From positions 300,269 to 364,268 of the forward strand of contig NW_003526944.1 in the NCBI RefSeq assembly GCF_000181795.1: a stretch of DNA of 64,000 nucleotides, given 5' to 3'. The DNA comes from Trichinella spiralis (Eukaryota). The notes beneath the pieces are model-generated. The model saw nothing but the letters and a program-made list of their open reading frames with translations. It was not told the origin of the DNA and did not search any database. The position numbers and the translations under genes were made by a program. Shown piece by piece: positions 1 to 12,700 of this stretch (within the stretch, counting starts at the first letter, position 1; each line of letters starts with the position of its first letter).

Positions 1-129
1 GCATCATCGTTAAGAAATAACGCAGTATTGTCTTTTGTTACGTCTGTGTATGTGTCTTTGTAATGAAGAAGCTTTCACACTCGACATCGCCAAATCGTAT
101 CTTCTCCAACGTGCCAATACTTACCTCAC

Positions 130-177
130 TTGACCAACGAACGGAATTGACCAACGAACGCAATTGACCAACAAACG
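130..177. repeat. 17-bp tandem repeat (TTGACCAACGAACGSAA), ~2.8 copies
   Basis: Units at 130-146, 147-163 and a partial unit at 164-177, read directly. Confidence 0.85.
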
Positions 178-524
178 ATTCGATCCAACCTATCCACAAC
201 CTTTCACCGATCTTGGCTTTCTCCACTTGTCTTCTATCTTCTTCATGTCCATTATTTTTCCATGGTTTATTACGTGTTTACTTATTAGTATGCAATGCTT
301 ACATGTGTCAGAGGTTTTACAAAGTCAAACTCAAAATAAAAGAATCAGAGAAAAATATTTGAGAAATAAATTGAAAAAGAATAATATGTACAGTATAGAG
401 GAGGAAAAAAAGTGAAAATAAAAAAGATTCATAAGAAATAATAGAAGAAATTAAAAAATGAATAAAATGTATAAAATAAAGTAGGGGAAAATAAAGTTTG
501 AATGAATGTTGAAGTTTAACAGTT

Positions 525-1046
525 NNNNNNNNNNNNNNNNNNNNNNNNNNNNNNNNNNNNNNNNNNNNNNNNNNNNNNNNNNNNNNNNNNNNNNNNNNNN
601 NNNNNNNNNNNNNNNNNNNNNNNNNNNNNNNNNNNNNNNNNNNNNNNNNNNNNNNNNNNNNNNNNNNNNNNNNNNNNNNNNNNNNNNNNNNNNNNNNNNN
701 NNNNNNNNNNNNNNNNNNNNNNNNNNNNNNNNNNNNNNNNNNNNNNNNNNNNNNNNNNNNNNNNNNNNNNNNNNNNNNNNNNNNNNNNNNNNNNNNNNNN
801 NNNNNNNNNNNNNNNNNNNNNNNNNNNNNNNNNNNNNNNNNNNNNNNNNNNNNNNNNNNNNNNNNNNNNNNNNNNNNNNNNNNNNNNNNNNNNNNNNNNN
901 NNNNNNNNNNNNNNNNNNNNNNNNNNNNNNNNNNNNNNNNNNNNNNNNNNNNNNNNNNNNNNNNNNNNNNNNNNNNNNNNNNNNNNNNNNNNNNNNNNNN
1001 NNNNNNNNNNNNNNNNNNNNNNNNNNNNNNNNNNNNNNNNNNNNNN
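525..1046. other. Assembly gap (522 N)
   Basis: Run of N; ORFs spanning it are artefacts. Confidence 1.
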
Positions 1047-4000
1047 TGAGATCACGGGAGCTAGTACTCTCAGTGTTAGTTATCGGAGAAACGGAGATGT
1101 GCTTCGAAACGAAATCTATCTGATCAGTGTCGTCATGGATCCGCGAAGGTGTCGTCCGAGGTACGATTATCATCTTCCGAGATCGCATTTGTGTAGTCGT
1201 TTTCACATTTTCATTGCTCCATTCTTTAAACCTGTAATAATGATATTAAATCAAAATTGTCCTCACTTTATCACAAAGTAGAATTATAACAAATATAATC
1301 ATTAAGTGCTATCTAATTAAAAAATAATTGTTTACATAATGAGTATACAAAGTTTTAAGAAAATGAAAAGCAGAAAAATGGAATACTTGTCAGTAATTCT
1401 GAAACCGACTTCAGCAGCTACTTAACGCCCGTAATGAACTCAGAGAACGTTGAAAGATGTTACTAATTGCCACGTAAATTAAACAAACAAACGCACCCTT
1501 ACTGATGATAAGGCGCGTTATAGCAATAGTTATTTGCATAATGCAGCGTTAGAAACCGGTTTTTAGTGCGTTAGAACTTTTGGCTGAGGATAAATTTTCT
1601 TACGTCAGAAACCAAGTAGTTCAAATAAAGCTAATTTTAAGTGAGCTATTTTCTAGCAAAAGCTTGTTTATAATTAGTTCAACGTACATGTTAGCTATTG
1701 CACATTCTTATTCTATTTCGAACGACTATATTCTAATATCAGATAAATAATGTATACAGGGTGCTATTAAATCGAACTTAATTGTACAAAAATTTGTCGT
1801 TGATTAAGTCACCCATCATCTCATATTGATAATTCATAAAGAGTATATTCAGAAATTATGCTCAACATTGTGAAGTGATTACGACATAAAAGTAAAAAAA
1901 CTGCCACTTACTGCCAATTGAGTCGTCTTCTCATTGTCGATGTTCATGCTCTTTGGATGTGGATTGAAAAATTATTTTTCAGAAATTATTCCAAAAAATA
2001 ATAATGAATAAAAAGCAAATCTAGTGTTTGGCTTCAATGTTTGTCTTCAGTCAATTTTCCAATCAAAACGCTGGCCTACCATCCACGGACGGCCTCAAAC
2101 TAAAATTATTTACAATATGTCAATAAAGCAAATTAACTCGCATGCAAATTTTTATTCTATCCATTGCTGCTGATAAATATCATAAGCGCACATTTTTCAT
2201 TGCGCTTTATTTACTTAACTAATACACTCTGTTTGAGAAAAAAATTTAACTATAGCCGAACTCATTGCAGAAACACTAATTTCATCTTTATAACTAAGCG
2301 TATTTTAAATACTACAAGTCATATAAATACAAGAAATAAAATGCTATTTAATTCATTTTATAGTAAATGTTGACTTGCAAGAATAGAGAAAAAGCATTGA
2401 ATTGAGAAAACAATTCAAATAGAGTAACAAACTAAACTACAGTACAGCTATTTGAAAATTCAAAAATGACCTTAACGTTTACAATTCAATCAAAATATAA
2501 ACTATCTGGCAGAAAACGCCATAACAAAAACATTAACTTAGTCAAAACACTCCTTCGCATGTTTGAATTTGAAATTTGAAAATTCAAAAATGCCCTACAT
2601 AAATGGAACTCATCCCAGAAAGCTATTCACCAAAATATAAGCAAACTGACTGTGCGATAACTGCGACAAAATTAGCTACATAAAAAGTTTAATTTACCTA
2701 ATGTCTCTAATGATGCGAAATTGAAAAATAATATAATGTGTTAGTAAAGTTAAATAACTTTCTCCATGAAAAACACTATTTTGCATAATGGGAAGCACTG
2801 ATCGCTTAGAGATATACGACCTGTTCTGTTCACAGTGAAATTCAATGCAAAAAGCAAGTACAAATTGAAAAACGGAACATATTCTACAGTTGTCTAGACG
2901 CCAGAGTTTAATAACAAACTGAAATTTCATTTTTTGACACATCTCACGGATGAACTATCATAATTGGGAATTTTGTCTTGTTTTTCAATTTTTGTGAATA
3001 TTCAAATGCAACACTTAAATATAGTACTGTTCAAAACATGAGGAAAGTATGTTTTATCACTGAAATTTTACCTGGATGCAGTTTGGTTCACTTGTGTTTT
3101 TGCTACGCCACGCTACAGTTCATTCAAAATCACTCAAATGAAATTCACCACGGGTACAGACAACATTTGCTTTTGTCAGATTGGTCTCTTACTTTGCAAC
3201 TTTCTTATCGGTGATTTGGCAATCAATAAACTGTATATTACAGTACTTTTAAATGAACCTGCATAATTTATTTTTACAGTATAGTTGAACTTAAAATAAT
3301 TTTTCGCCGTTCCATATTTCAGCTGTTTGTTTACCAATCTATGCTTTCGATTCTGTGTTTCTATAAGAAAAAAAATGTCTGTACAATTGCGTCATAAATG
3401 TTAAAAAAACTTATAGAATTATGACATTCACATAAGCAAACAATGCATTAATTATCTCATTGAATTATGAATAGAATGTCAACTGCATCTGAAAAATTAA
3501 AAGCACTTAAATCATAAACATTACAATACGTTTTCCATTGACTGTTCGTGTACAGTTAGTCGACTGTAATGTACAATGAGTTGAATTATGTGCAATAATA
3601 CCGACATTTAGCATATAGTCTATACAATCATATTACTATATTTGATTTGTGTTAATACAGCTGTATTTTGAAAGACGTTTCACAAGAATATGAAAAATGT
3701 TAAAAAGTTTATTTCACTGACGAAAAACAAATTTATTTATTGAATCACATCTCAGTATTCTACGTTTCATTGTGTGAGATCCATATTAACGTAATTATCA
3801 GTTCGATACTGTACCGCATTTTACTAATTCGCTCTTAATGATATCACTTTCCGATATCACGACGATCTGATCTGATTTGTTCAGGGTCCCAATCTCTGAT
3901 GAAAATCAGGACGGTAGGCACAGAGAGCTTTTAGGCTGAGAAGTCAGCAGTTTCAGCAATAGAGTAGTTGTAAAGTAGCTTATTGTTCTTGCGCAATTCT

Positions 4001-6586
4001 AAATCATATAACGAATAATTAATTTACATGTAAATGAAATAAAGCAACAGAAAAATTTCAAACGGAAATTTTCTTACTTGAAATGGAAGAAGTTTTTCAA
4101 GTGGAAAAATGAACACTAATAATGCAAAGAAACTAAAATACCGAATGTTTAAAAATGCCGATTGTACAGAAAATAGTTGCTTAATGCAGTAATAAATTGC
4201 TGCGTGTACAAAGCAAAGCAGATATTTCTATCAAGCCGTTCAAAAAAGCTCATCCTTCGAAATTTAACATCAAGAAGCATATTTTCATAAGGAATTAAAT
4301 GTTTTTATATTTCATTCCTTCATTTTTTTATAATATTTAAGACTTTTCTGCGTATTATATAGAACATAAAAATACGCCTACATACATAATCTGCAACAAC
4401 TATAACTACAACAACGCTCTTACTCTTATTTGAACCGAAACAAGAATAATATTTTTAAGGTAAATGAAATTTTAAAGTCATTATTATAAAACTTAAAATT
4501 ACCGCTGACCACTGACTGACTAATGTGTAATTTTTCTGGTATTATTAACGAAATCTTTTATGCAACAAAACTTTTACTTTAGCATTACAATAATAGGAAA
4601 TTACTTTAACACAGAACGGTGAAAATTTTGAGAGCTGATGAGCAGCAATGCAAATGATCAAATAGGTCTAAGCAACGTAAAAATTTTGTATCAGGCGAGA
4701 GTTGACAAAAATTGTTGGTGTCTTTCATTCATTTTAAATGCAAATTAGGTAATATTACGCAACTCGACACAGCAGATTCATAGTAAGTGGTTTCTTTTTT
4801 ATAAATAAGTGAAAATAACAAACACGTAAACGATAAAAAATTGATACATAAGTTGTAATAATTATTGTGATATGCATTTATGCACCTTATTTATTGTATA
4901 ATGATGCATTATACAATTTCTAAGGTATTGCAATGATCATTACAATAATTTTCTTATTTAAAAGCATTGTTATTTTGCACATGATTTTTTATAAGTAAAA
5001 TTGTCCATGCACACCGTTGTTACTTGGTTTGGCTTTTCGTTGCTTGCGTTGCAGACGTCTCCCTCGTACAAATTCAATGGCAGTTAGCTAATCTGCATTT
5101 CTTGGACATAAAAATATGGTTTTTATAAATTGTACTATTACGCCACAGGCATTTTTTGCACCATATTTGCCCCCAGAGGTTTATGTATTTTTTACCTCTG
5201 AGGTTTAGCCTGGGATTTGGAAATTTCTGGGCGATTTTTTTGGAATTTGTTACAGTGCATTTTTGGCAAGTTTTCCAACGCCAAAGCAATGATTGCACAG
5301 TTTCGCAAATTTACGTACATTTGTTAAGGAAAATAATCTTACAATTTGTGAAAAATCGTTTTCATTATTTGCAACAACAATTTAATAAACATATATACTA
5401 GCTGTTTCACTAATGCAACATTCTTCAACAAATGTGATGCTGTGATGAATTAATTCAACATAATTTATTTTATGTGCCATCAAAATTCATTTCATTCAAA
5501 AGTTTATTTACAGCAAAACTGTGGAAAATTTATAATAAAACAATATTCAAACACAGAAAAAGAAAATAAAGCTGTATCAATAAAAAATTAAAAAAGTAAT
5601 AAACTCGAAAAATTCCATTTCATTTCACAAGCTGCCAGTTGTTCTTCAGGAAATATAAACTCGGCATTCGTTCTAACAATTACCTATCATAATAAACATC
5701 AATCGCAATTCTATTAAAAATTTGCTTCATTTCAACATCAAAAAATGTTTCAAAAATTTGAAATAATCAAAAGTAAATTGTATTATAAACGTAAAAGTTA
5801 ATAATAAAAAAAGCACTTTTCACATTTGTCAGCTTTTCATATTACTTGTGTCCATTTATCGTGTGCACTGAATCGCATTATACGTTGATCTGGAATTTCC
5901 TAAACTTTTACAACTACTATAAAAATAAACTGTCATATAGAATAAAAAACTTTTTGGATGTAAGAACAATGAGGAACGTAACAAACCGAAACATAATACT
6001 GCATTAAACAGTTAATGTTGTAAGAACTCATCATGAATATGTTGGGAAAGAACTACCTATTGGTTTAAGTATTTGTTAAATGAACATGAAGAATAAATAA
6101 AATAAATTTATTTTTCATTTCAGCATGCAAACATGTTCGAACTGAATAATACATGAGCCGGGCATTCATTTTAGGTAACCTTATTTTCAAAAGCAGGTAA
6201 ATATACCAAGAAACTTCCTTTACAAACCCACATTTCACAAAATGCACGGTATCAAAAAAATGCCATAACAAAGTACATGAAATTAAAGTGAGTAAAGAAC
6301 AAATATATAATTAGTAAACAGAAAACAAAATAAACTTGTCGTGTAAATTGTTCTTCATTTCAAATAGAGCCAAATTTCAAAATATTATTTGGGGAACTCT
6401 ATATCTGATGGCTCAATAAGTTAAGATATACTAACGAAACATTTTTCGTAAAATAATCGAAGTGAAAACATATAATTCTAATAAAATGAAGATTACAAAT
6501 GTCGAAATAAGATGTAAAGCACAAATATTAAAATTTTCCTGTCAAACAAAACGTAAAAAACGTACTAATCGAAGAGTCGTGATAAT

Positions 6587-6790
6587 CTAATTCGTTTTAG
6601 CAGCTGTAGTGTCATTTCCTTCTTTCTTCTTTTGTTTCTGTCGCATAATTTCTGCATCTCTTTCACGGCGCTTTTCCATACTGACGCCCTTGTTTCCGCT
6701 CTTTTCCGATGCAGCTTGATTTTTCTGCTGTTGTCGCTGTTTCTTCTGTGCTTTTTCTCGGGCAAGATCACGTTGATTTCCGCGAGTCAT
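6587..6790 (-). CDS. SERF: Small EDRK-rich factor (SERF/4F5/MOAG-4 family), 67 aa, intronless CDS
   Basis: MTRGNQRDLAREKAQKKQ...EKRRERDAEIMRQKQKKK matches the SERF signature (MxRGNQR-LAR...RDAEIM-QKQ). The true ATG is at 6790, inside the 92-aa ORF. Confidence 0.93.
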   Translation of the reverse strand: MTRGNQRDLAREKAQKKQRQQQKNQAASEKSGNKGVSMEKRRERDAEIMRQKQKKKEGNDTTAAKTN

Positions 6791-9700
6791 GATAAGTGGA
6801 AAATTAACTGAATTCCGGCAGCAAACAAAAAGAGCACGTATTTTTAAACATATAAATATAAACAAGGAAATGTGTGTAAGTGCTTATGTAGATATGCACG
6901 AATGGAATCACACACACGTCTGTATATTGCCTTCGCTTCAGATGAACACAAACGGCGACAATTACAGTATAACAGTATATAAATATTCAGGTTAGTGTCA
7001 TAAAGACGGTACAAGCAATACTTTCTCTGCTTCAGTAAATAAAAGAAAATAATCAAACGTACATTAATTGAATATATTACAGAAATAAATATAATATAAT
7101 ATAATATAACTCCATTTCTTCGTTTCTTATGTTTTTTGTTCCTTCTTATGAAAATTATCCTGTGCAAAACGCACTAAGTATAATAAATGTCATTATTGAC
7201 AAATGCACAATAACGATTCTTTTATATCGTGATTATAAAATGGATTAATCAAGGAATATATGTCGAATTGGAATACTTGACATGATTGTAACAGTACTAT
7301 TACTGATCAAAGTAAGCGAAAGAAAAACGAAGCATTAATTCTTTAAATACAAAAGAGCAAATATGCAATAAAATAAAAAGAAACAATAGATCATATTTTT
7401 ATTGTTCATCATACTTCTTTTGTTTGCCTTTTCACACCATTTATGGTTCTTGTAATTTATTTTCATTTATATTTATTTCAAAAATGTTAAAATTGTGTTA
7501 TGCATTCAGTTTCTTGTTTTCAATTTCTTTGCTGAACGCTGTGTACGCTTCTCTGTTACGTAATTGCTTTGTGAGATTAAAACTTATTGATAATTTAAAA
7601 AAGAACCACCTATTTATACCGGATGAGAGTTACTTGAAATTTCAATAATAACAAATACATACAAAGGTGCATTGAGTTAGTTTCGAAAGTTTTACAAGTA
7701 TTTATCGAATAATAATCATGACAACTTATGCATGTTGCAAAAGTTAGAAAAGTTAGAATAATTATGAAAAAAAATACCTAAAATTCAATAACATTGACGT
7801 ATGTTTTAAATTTTATCAGAAACAGAGTTGAACTGATAAGCTGATTCCGTAATGAAAAATTAGAAGTTTCTAAATTTATCATTTTAACAACTATCAAAAA
7901 AATATTATCAATTTTTGGATACTGCTGTTGCATATTCACAGTATCTAAAATTTCAACAGTGAGTAAAACTGCATCAATCTATCACAGTAGTTCTGTGGTC
8001 ATTTAACTTATTATTTTCAAACTCCACAGAAAATTCAAACGTTCATGAATAAATTTTAAAATGCTATGCCCAAGTAATATGCAAAAGTGAAAAAGTTGAT
8101 TAACGTGATAAAATATTCAAAATTAATTGACAATGACTTTAAAGAAGTTTGAATTTTTTACGTTTAAAGCAATTTATATCTTGTGCAGTAGAAATTTATT
8201 TCAACAACAAATATTTAAAAATGAAAATGATGCCAGGAAATTGTTATTTTTAAATTTTAATAAAATATTGGGCTGTGGATGTGGACGTGTGCGAGCGTGA
8301 ATGTGAGCGTTTGCGAATTGTTGTAAAGTAATAAAATATAAAAAGCAGTTTCTTTGACAAAATTAATCAATACTGAAGGCGCAAGCAATTCCGGTAAGAA
8401 ATAAAAGAGTCTTTGAGCAGCTGTCCAACACGTTTAAACATACCCTTGGACTATGGAAGAATCAAGAATCAACCATTTCCCAATTGTTGCTTTCTTAGCA
8501 AAACGTGAGCAAAGTAAGAAAAAGTGTAGTAAACTAACCAACCGATTTTATAGAAATTCCAGCTGTGCAGCAACAAAAGTTTATCAGAGTAATGCACTTC
8601 AAATTGCTGCCTAGTTGAGCTGACCAATCAAAGTCATCAGTATATTTCTTTTATCCACAGATTCATCTCAAACACTTTTCATATTAAACAACGAGATGCA
8701 CAAATATAGAAATCACAATACAAGTTCCAAAGGAACTGTTTCAAAAATGTAACAACTTATTTACTGCCATACAACAATACAGCAACCAAAATGTATTACA
8801 CATTGTAGGCAATGTCTCGAAAAGAGCGGTAAGTAATGTGCTTTTTCTTTTTTTACGATATCTGATGATTGCTATGTTTATTTACTGAATCAGTCAATAT
8901 ACAAGAAAATATTAAAAAATTATGAAACATTTCAACATTAAGGAAAAACATTTTGTATAGCAACTGACGTTCGGTAGTATGAGCATTACCTTGCATAAAT
9001 CAAATTAATTGCTTGAATTTCAAAAAGTTCTTCTAATTTGCTTAGGAATTCCTTAACTTTAAGAATTAGAGAATTTGTTTACCTTAATAATTTGATGTGT
9101 AATTTGTGAACATTATCACATGAATTAAAATAAATTATGGAAACAATTTTATTGTAAAATCACTGCAGTATGTAATATATACATCTCTTACTCACACGTA
9201 ATTATTTTATTTACTTCAAAAATAAATCAAACACAAGTTGTTGATGAGAATTTAAACTGAAAAGTTTATAAAAGTTACTATTGCCCAACACACTGTCTCA
9301 TTTCAGAAAGTAAAAAGCAGCATAAAACTGGAATAAAAATGTCTTACATTTACGATTTAAGCAAACTGAATTGCATTAAAATTAAATTACTGATATAAAC
9401 TTATAATTTGCGCATGAAATTAAATGTAAGCAGCCTTCAATTCAAAATCATCGACCAGGCTCTGGGCTGCAGATATTCTCAAATAAGCATGATTTTCCTG
9501 TTAGCATATCATTGCGCAGATGGTAAAATATTTAATGTACATTGATTACTTTTATATAAGTTTATGTAAAAAAATAATAAGAACTCAAATTTCAAATTTA
9601 GTGAAACTTTTGTTAAAGAAAAATTATTACTTGAACAGCACATTTCATGCCCGTATACAATTCACATTCATTTGAGCAGATAAAAGAACTGAAGATAATA

Positions 9701-12700
9701 ATAAAAATACTTGAGGAATAGATCAGCGAAAAATGCTTATAATTACGAATATATGGATTCAGCAGCAGTATGCTTCAGTGGAAAAGCAAAGGCAATTAAG
9801 TGAGAGCTGTGAAAAGCAGAGTGTAAAAAGAAAATTAGCTATCCTTTTCCTTATAAACATTGTCCAGTAACTCAACTTGAATTTAATTTGAAAAATAGAT
9901 CAACCATATAAAATAATCATTTTTTACAAATTTAAAAATTTTTAACAAATTTTAAGTTGCCTTCATAATGAAAAGATCATTTTACAAAAGCAAATTCATT
10001 GCCAACGGCACATTATAGAAGCAGTTCATTCTTACATTCATTTGGGAAACGTTTGGCTGTATTAAATTTATAAAAATAAGCATCAGCTAATTACTAGATT
10101 TATATTATTTAAAATCAGTCAACAGATTGCAATACTCTTCATTCCATGATAAGTAAAAATCAGAAAGGTACAACAACGTGAAACTGCTGACAATTGCTTT
10201 CATTTTCAATTGAAATAATTTTGCTTAAAAACAAACAATAAGAAAATGACATATTAATAATATTTTCACAGCTCACAAAAGTCATTTTTCCACAAAAGAA
10301 AACTCAGTTTATTTCTTTTAATCAAAATTCAACATGCAAGCTTAACTGAAATGGAGTGCATGCAATTTCTAGCGTCTCTGATGAAATTAGCATGTTCATA
10401 AAAAATAAGAAATAATGATTAGCTAACCAAAATCAGGGAATGAATGAATAATGTCTGAAATTGGTTAACATTTGCATTGTGTTTTTACGTACTGTTTAAT
10501 GCCACATATTGATCTTATTTTAACGAAATAATTTGACATGTTCCAGTCAGTCGAATATAAAAATACAAAGAGCTACAAGCAATCAATCGAAATAAAAATA
10601 TTTTAAACAATTCTTTGTTTTCTTTCGCGTCTTATTAGCTCTATACAAGTATAAGTATGCAGTACATGTGGCATAAATATAGCTTCTCTGCATTATCGAG
10701 GTAAGAACTTGTTAATAATATATGCAACATTCATTTCATTTTTTGAACATGAAAGGAAAACGTTTTTAAATTTTTAATAAAACCATTCCAATAATTAATG
10801 AAAATTTAACTGAAAAAGAACAAGAGTCAACAACCCTGCTGACATGCAAAAAAGATGCAATTTCAACAGTTTTATCTAATAATTAAAAACCATTTATTTC
10901 AAAATTGCGTACTTTGAGTAAATTATAAAAATATCTTCCATAAGTAAATCTGTAACGCAGCAACTATTGTCATTATACAAATAATGATAAATATCAATAA
11001 AATCATAAATTTCTCACCATTAACGCATAGAATAATATTCCCCGCTTTCATTTTGTTATTCTATTATAATTTAAGCAATATAATTTAGTAAAATTTTCTA
11101 TTCAAGATCTATTAACTATATAATTGTACATTATGTTCAAATAACGACTAGAACTGCAATCTGATTAGTCATGATTTAATCCTCAACAGTACTAGCAACC
11201 AAAGCAGTTATAAGCAATACAGCTATTTTCCGCAAAACCCTACTACAAGTTATCATCATCATTATTAATTTGTACTAGTTACCATACATTATTAGCAAGT
11301 ACAGTAAAATCATTGACCAACAGCTCACATTTTATATAACAACACTGCACAAAAATAAAGCCAATTTCAATTTTTATGCATTTTTTCAGTTATAAAACAA
11401 AATGCTCTTCATATTTAATCCTTAACATCAATTATGATTCAACAACAACACAGTAAAAATTCTTTTACCTTAAATTATAATATAACAGCACAGAAAATCT
11501 GCTTCTAAATGCTATCTTGTTTCAAATTCAGTAATTTAAATTTCACGCGTAACACCGATTTGCCTTAACATAACAGCTGACCACATCATACATACAAAAG
11601 GTTACATCTAAAAGCATCAACCACTAAAATTATACATTAATGCATGTTACTCCATGCATCAAAATTGATAACTTTCTTGATAAATTTTTTTGACATGTTT
11701 AGCGACTTGCAAACTTCATTTCTAAAAATAACGATTCTCATATTAAGAGGCTCTTATTATTTCAGATTCCTCTCTGTTTCAAGTGCTTCCAAAATGATGC
11801 AATTATCAACAAAATTAATTAAAATTAATAAAAAAGAAAATATCCTTTCCACAAACTATAACGCAAATCCTTTAAACATATTCTAACTTGCAGCTTAAAA
11901 CTTTAATAAGCTGAATTCAATGCAAAACGAACTAAAACATTAGGCTGAATTTTCCTCACCAATAACAATAACAGATTGGTTTTAACGAATAACAACTGCA
12001 TATTATTACTGAATCAGTATTCAGTAAATATATTTTCTTTTACTGCTAAAAATAAAAAGTAATTTACAATCTTAAAAAGATTGAAATTTTGAGATTTCAG
12101 CATTTTAGAAAAATGTTGTCATACTTGATTAATATACATATTAAAATTCAAAATTCATTTTCTCAAGATGAAATTTCACTATTCTACTAACTTTGTAGAG
12201 CAGACGTGCTAAAAACATTCCACTCTTGCCCATTGCTCCTAATATGAACGAACGTCGTTAGTGTTAATTAGTTTAAAGTCAAAAGTAGGGTGGATATTTA
12301 ATTACTAGTCAAAGAACGAGAAAAGATCATGATTAGGTGATCAAAAAGATTGTCAATACTTAAATTTCTCCAAAATGTTTTGCACTTTGAGCATTAAAAT
12401 TGAAATGAATGATGAATTTTCATGCTTAAGGAAAAACTATATTTACCCATTGGCCAATTTGATCTGAAATCTAAAATATAAGACGCCACCAAAATTCCCA
12501 AAATTTTTTTTATAAAACCTACATAATCACTGAGCCATTACACACAAAAAATTGCTAACGAAAATCTGCACCCAAATCCGTTCAACCAGCAATCGTTTTA
12601 AAAGATCCATTATTACGTTATTTTCTAATTATTTCATATCCTTGGTTACAGCATTCTTCGTTTCGCTACATTCCAAATTAAAAATGAACTTCAAATTTAA

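Noticed and set aside
130..177. Short direct repeats as a CRISPR-like array
   Set aside because: Contiguous tandem units with no spacers, eukaryotic context and no cas genes.
451..1206. Long ORFs of 179-251 aa
   Set aside because: They are artefacts of the N gap.
1490..1520. Hairpin with CUGAUGA loop as a hammerhead ribozyme
   Set aside because: CUGAUGA sits in a terminal loop; there is no three-stem junction with GAAA and NUH.
5074..5401. Overlapping 74/81-aa ORFs with small hairpins
   Set aside because: No recognisable motif or consistent exon chain.
7913..7959. Stem plus potential pseudoknot
   Set aside because: Loop geometry is atypical for an H-type pseudoknot, the sequence is AT-rich and there is no associated ORF.
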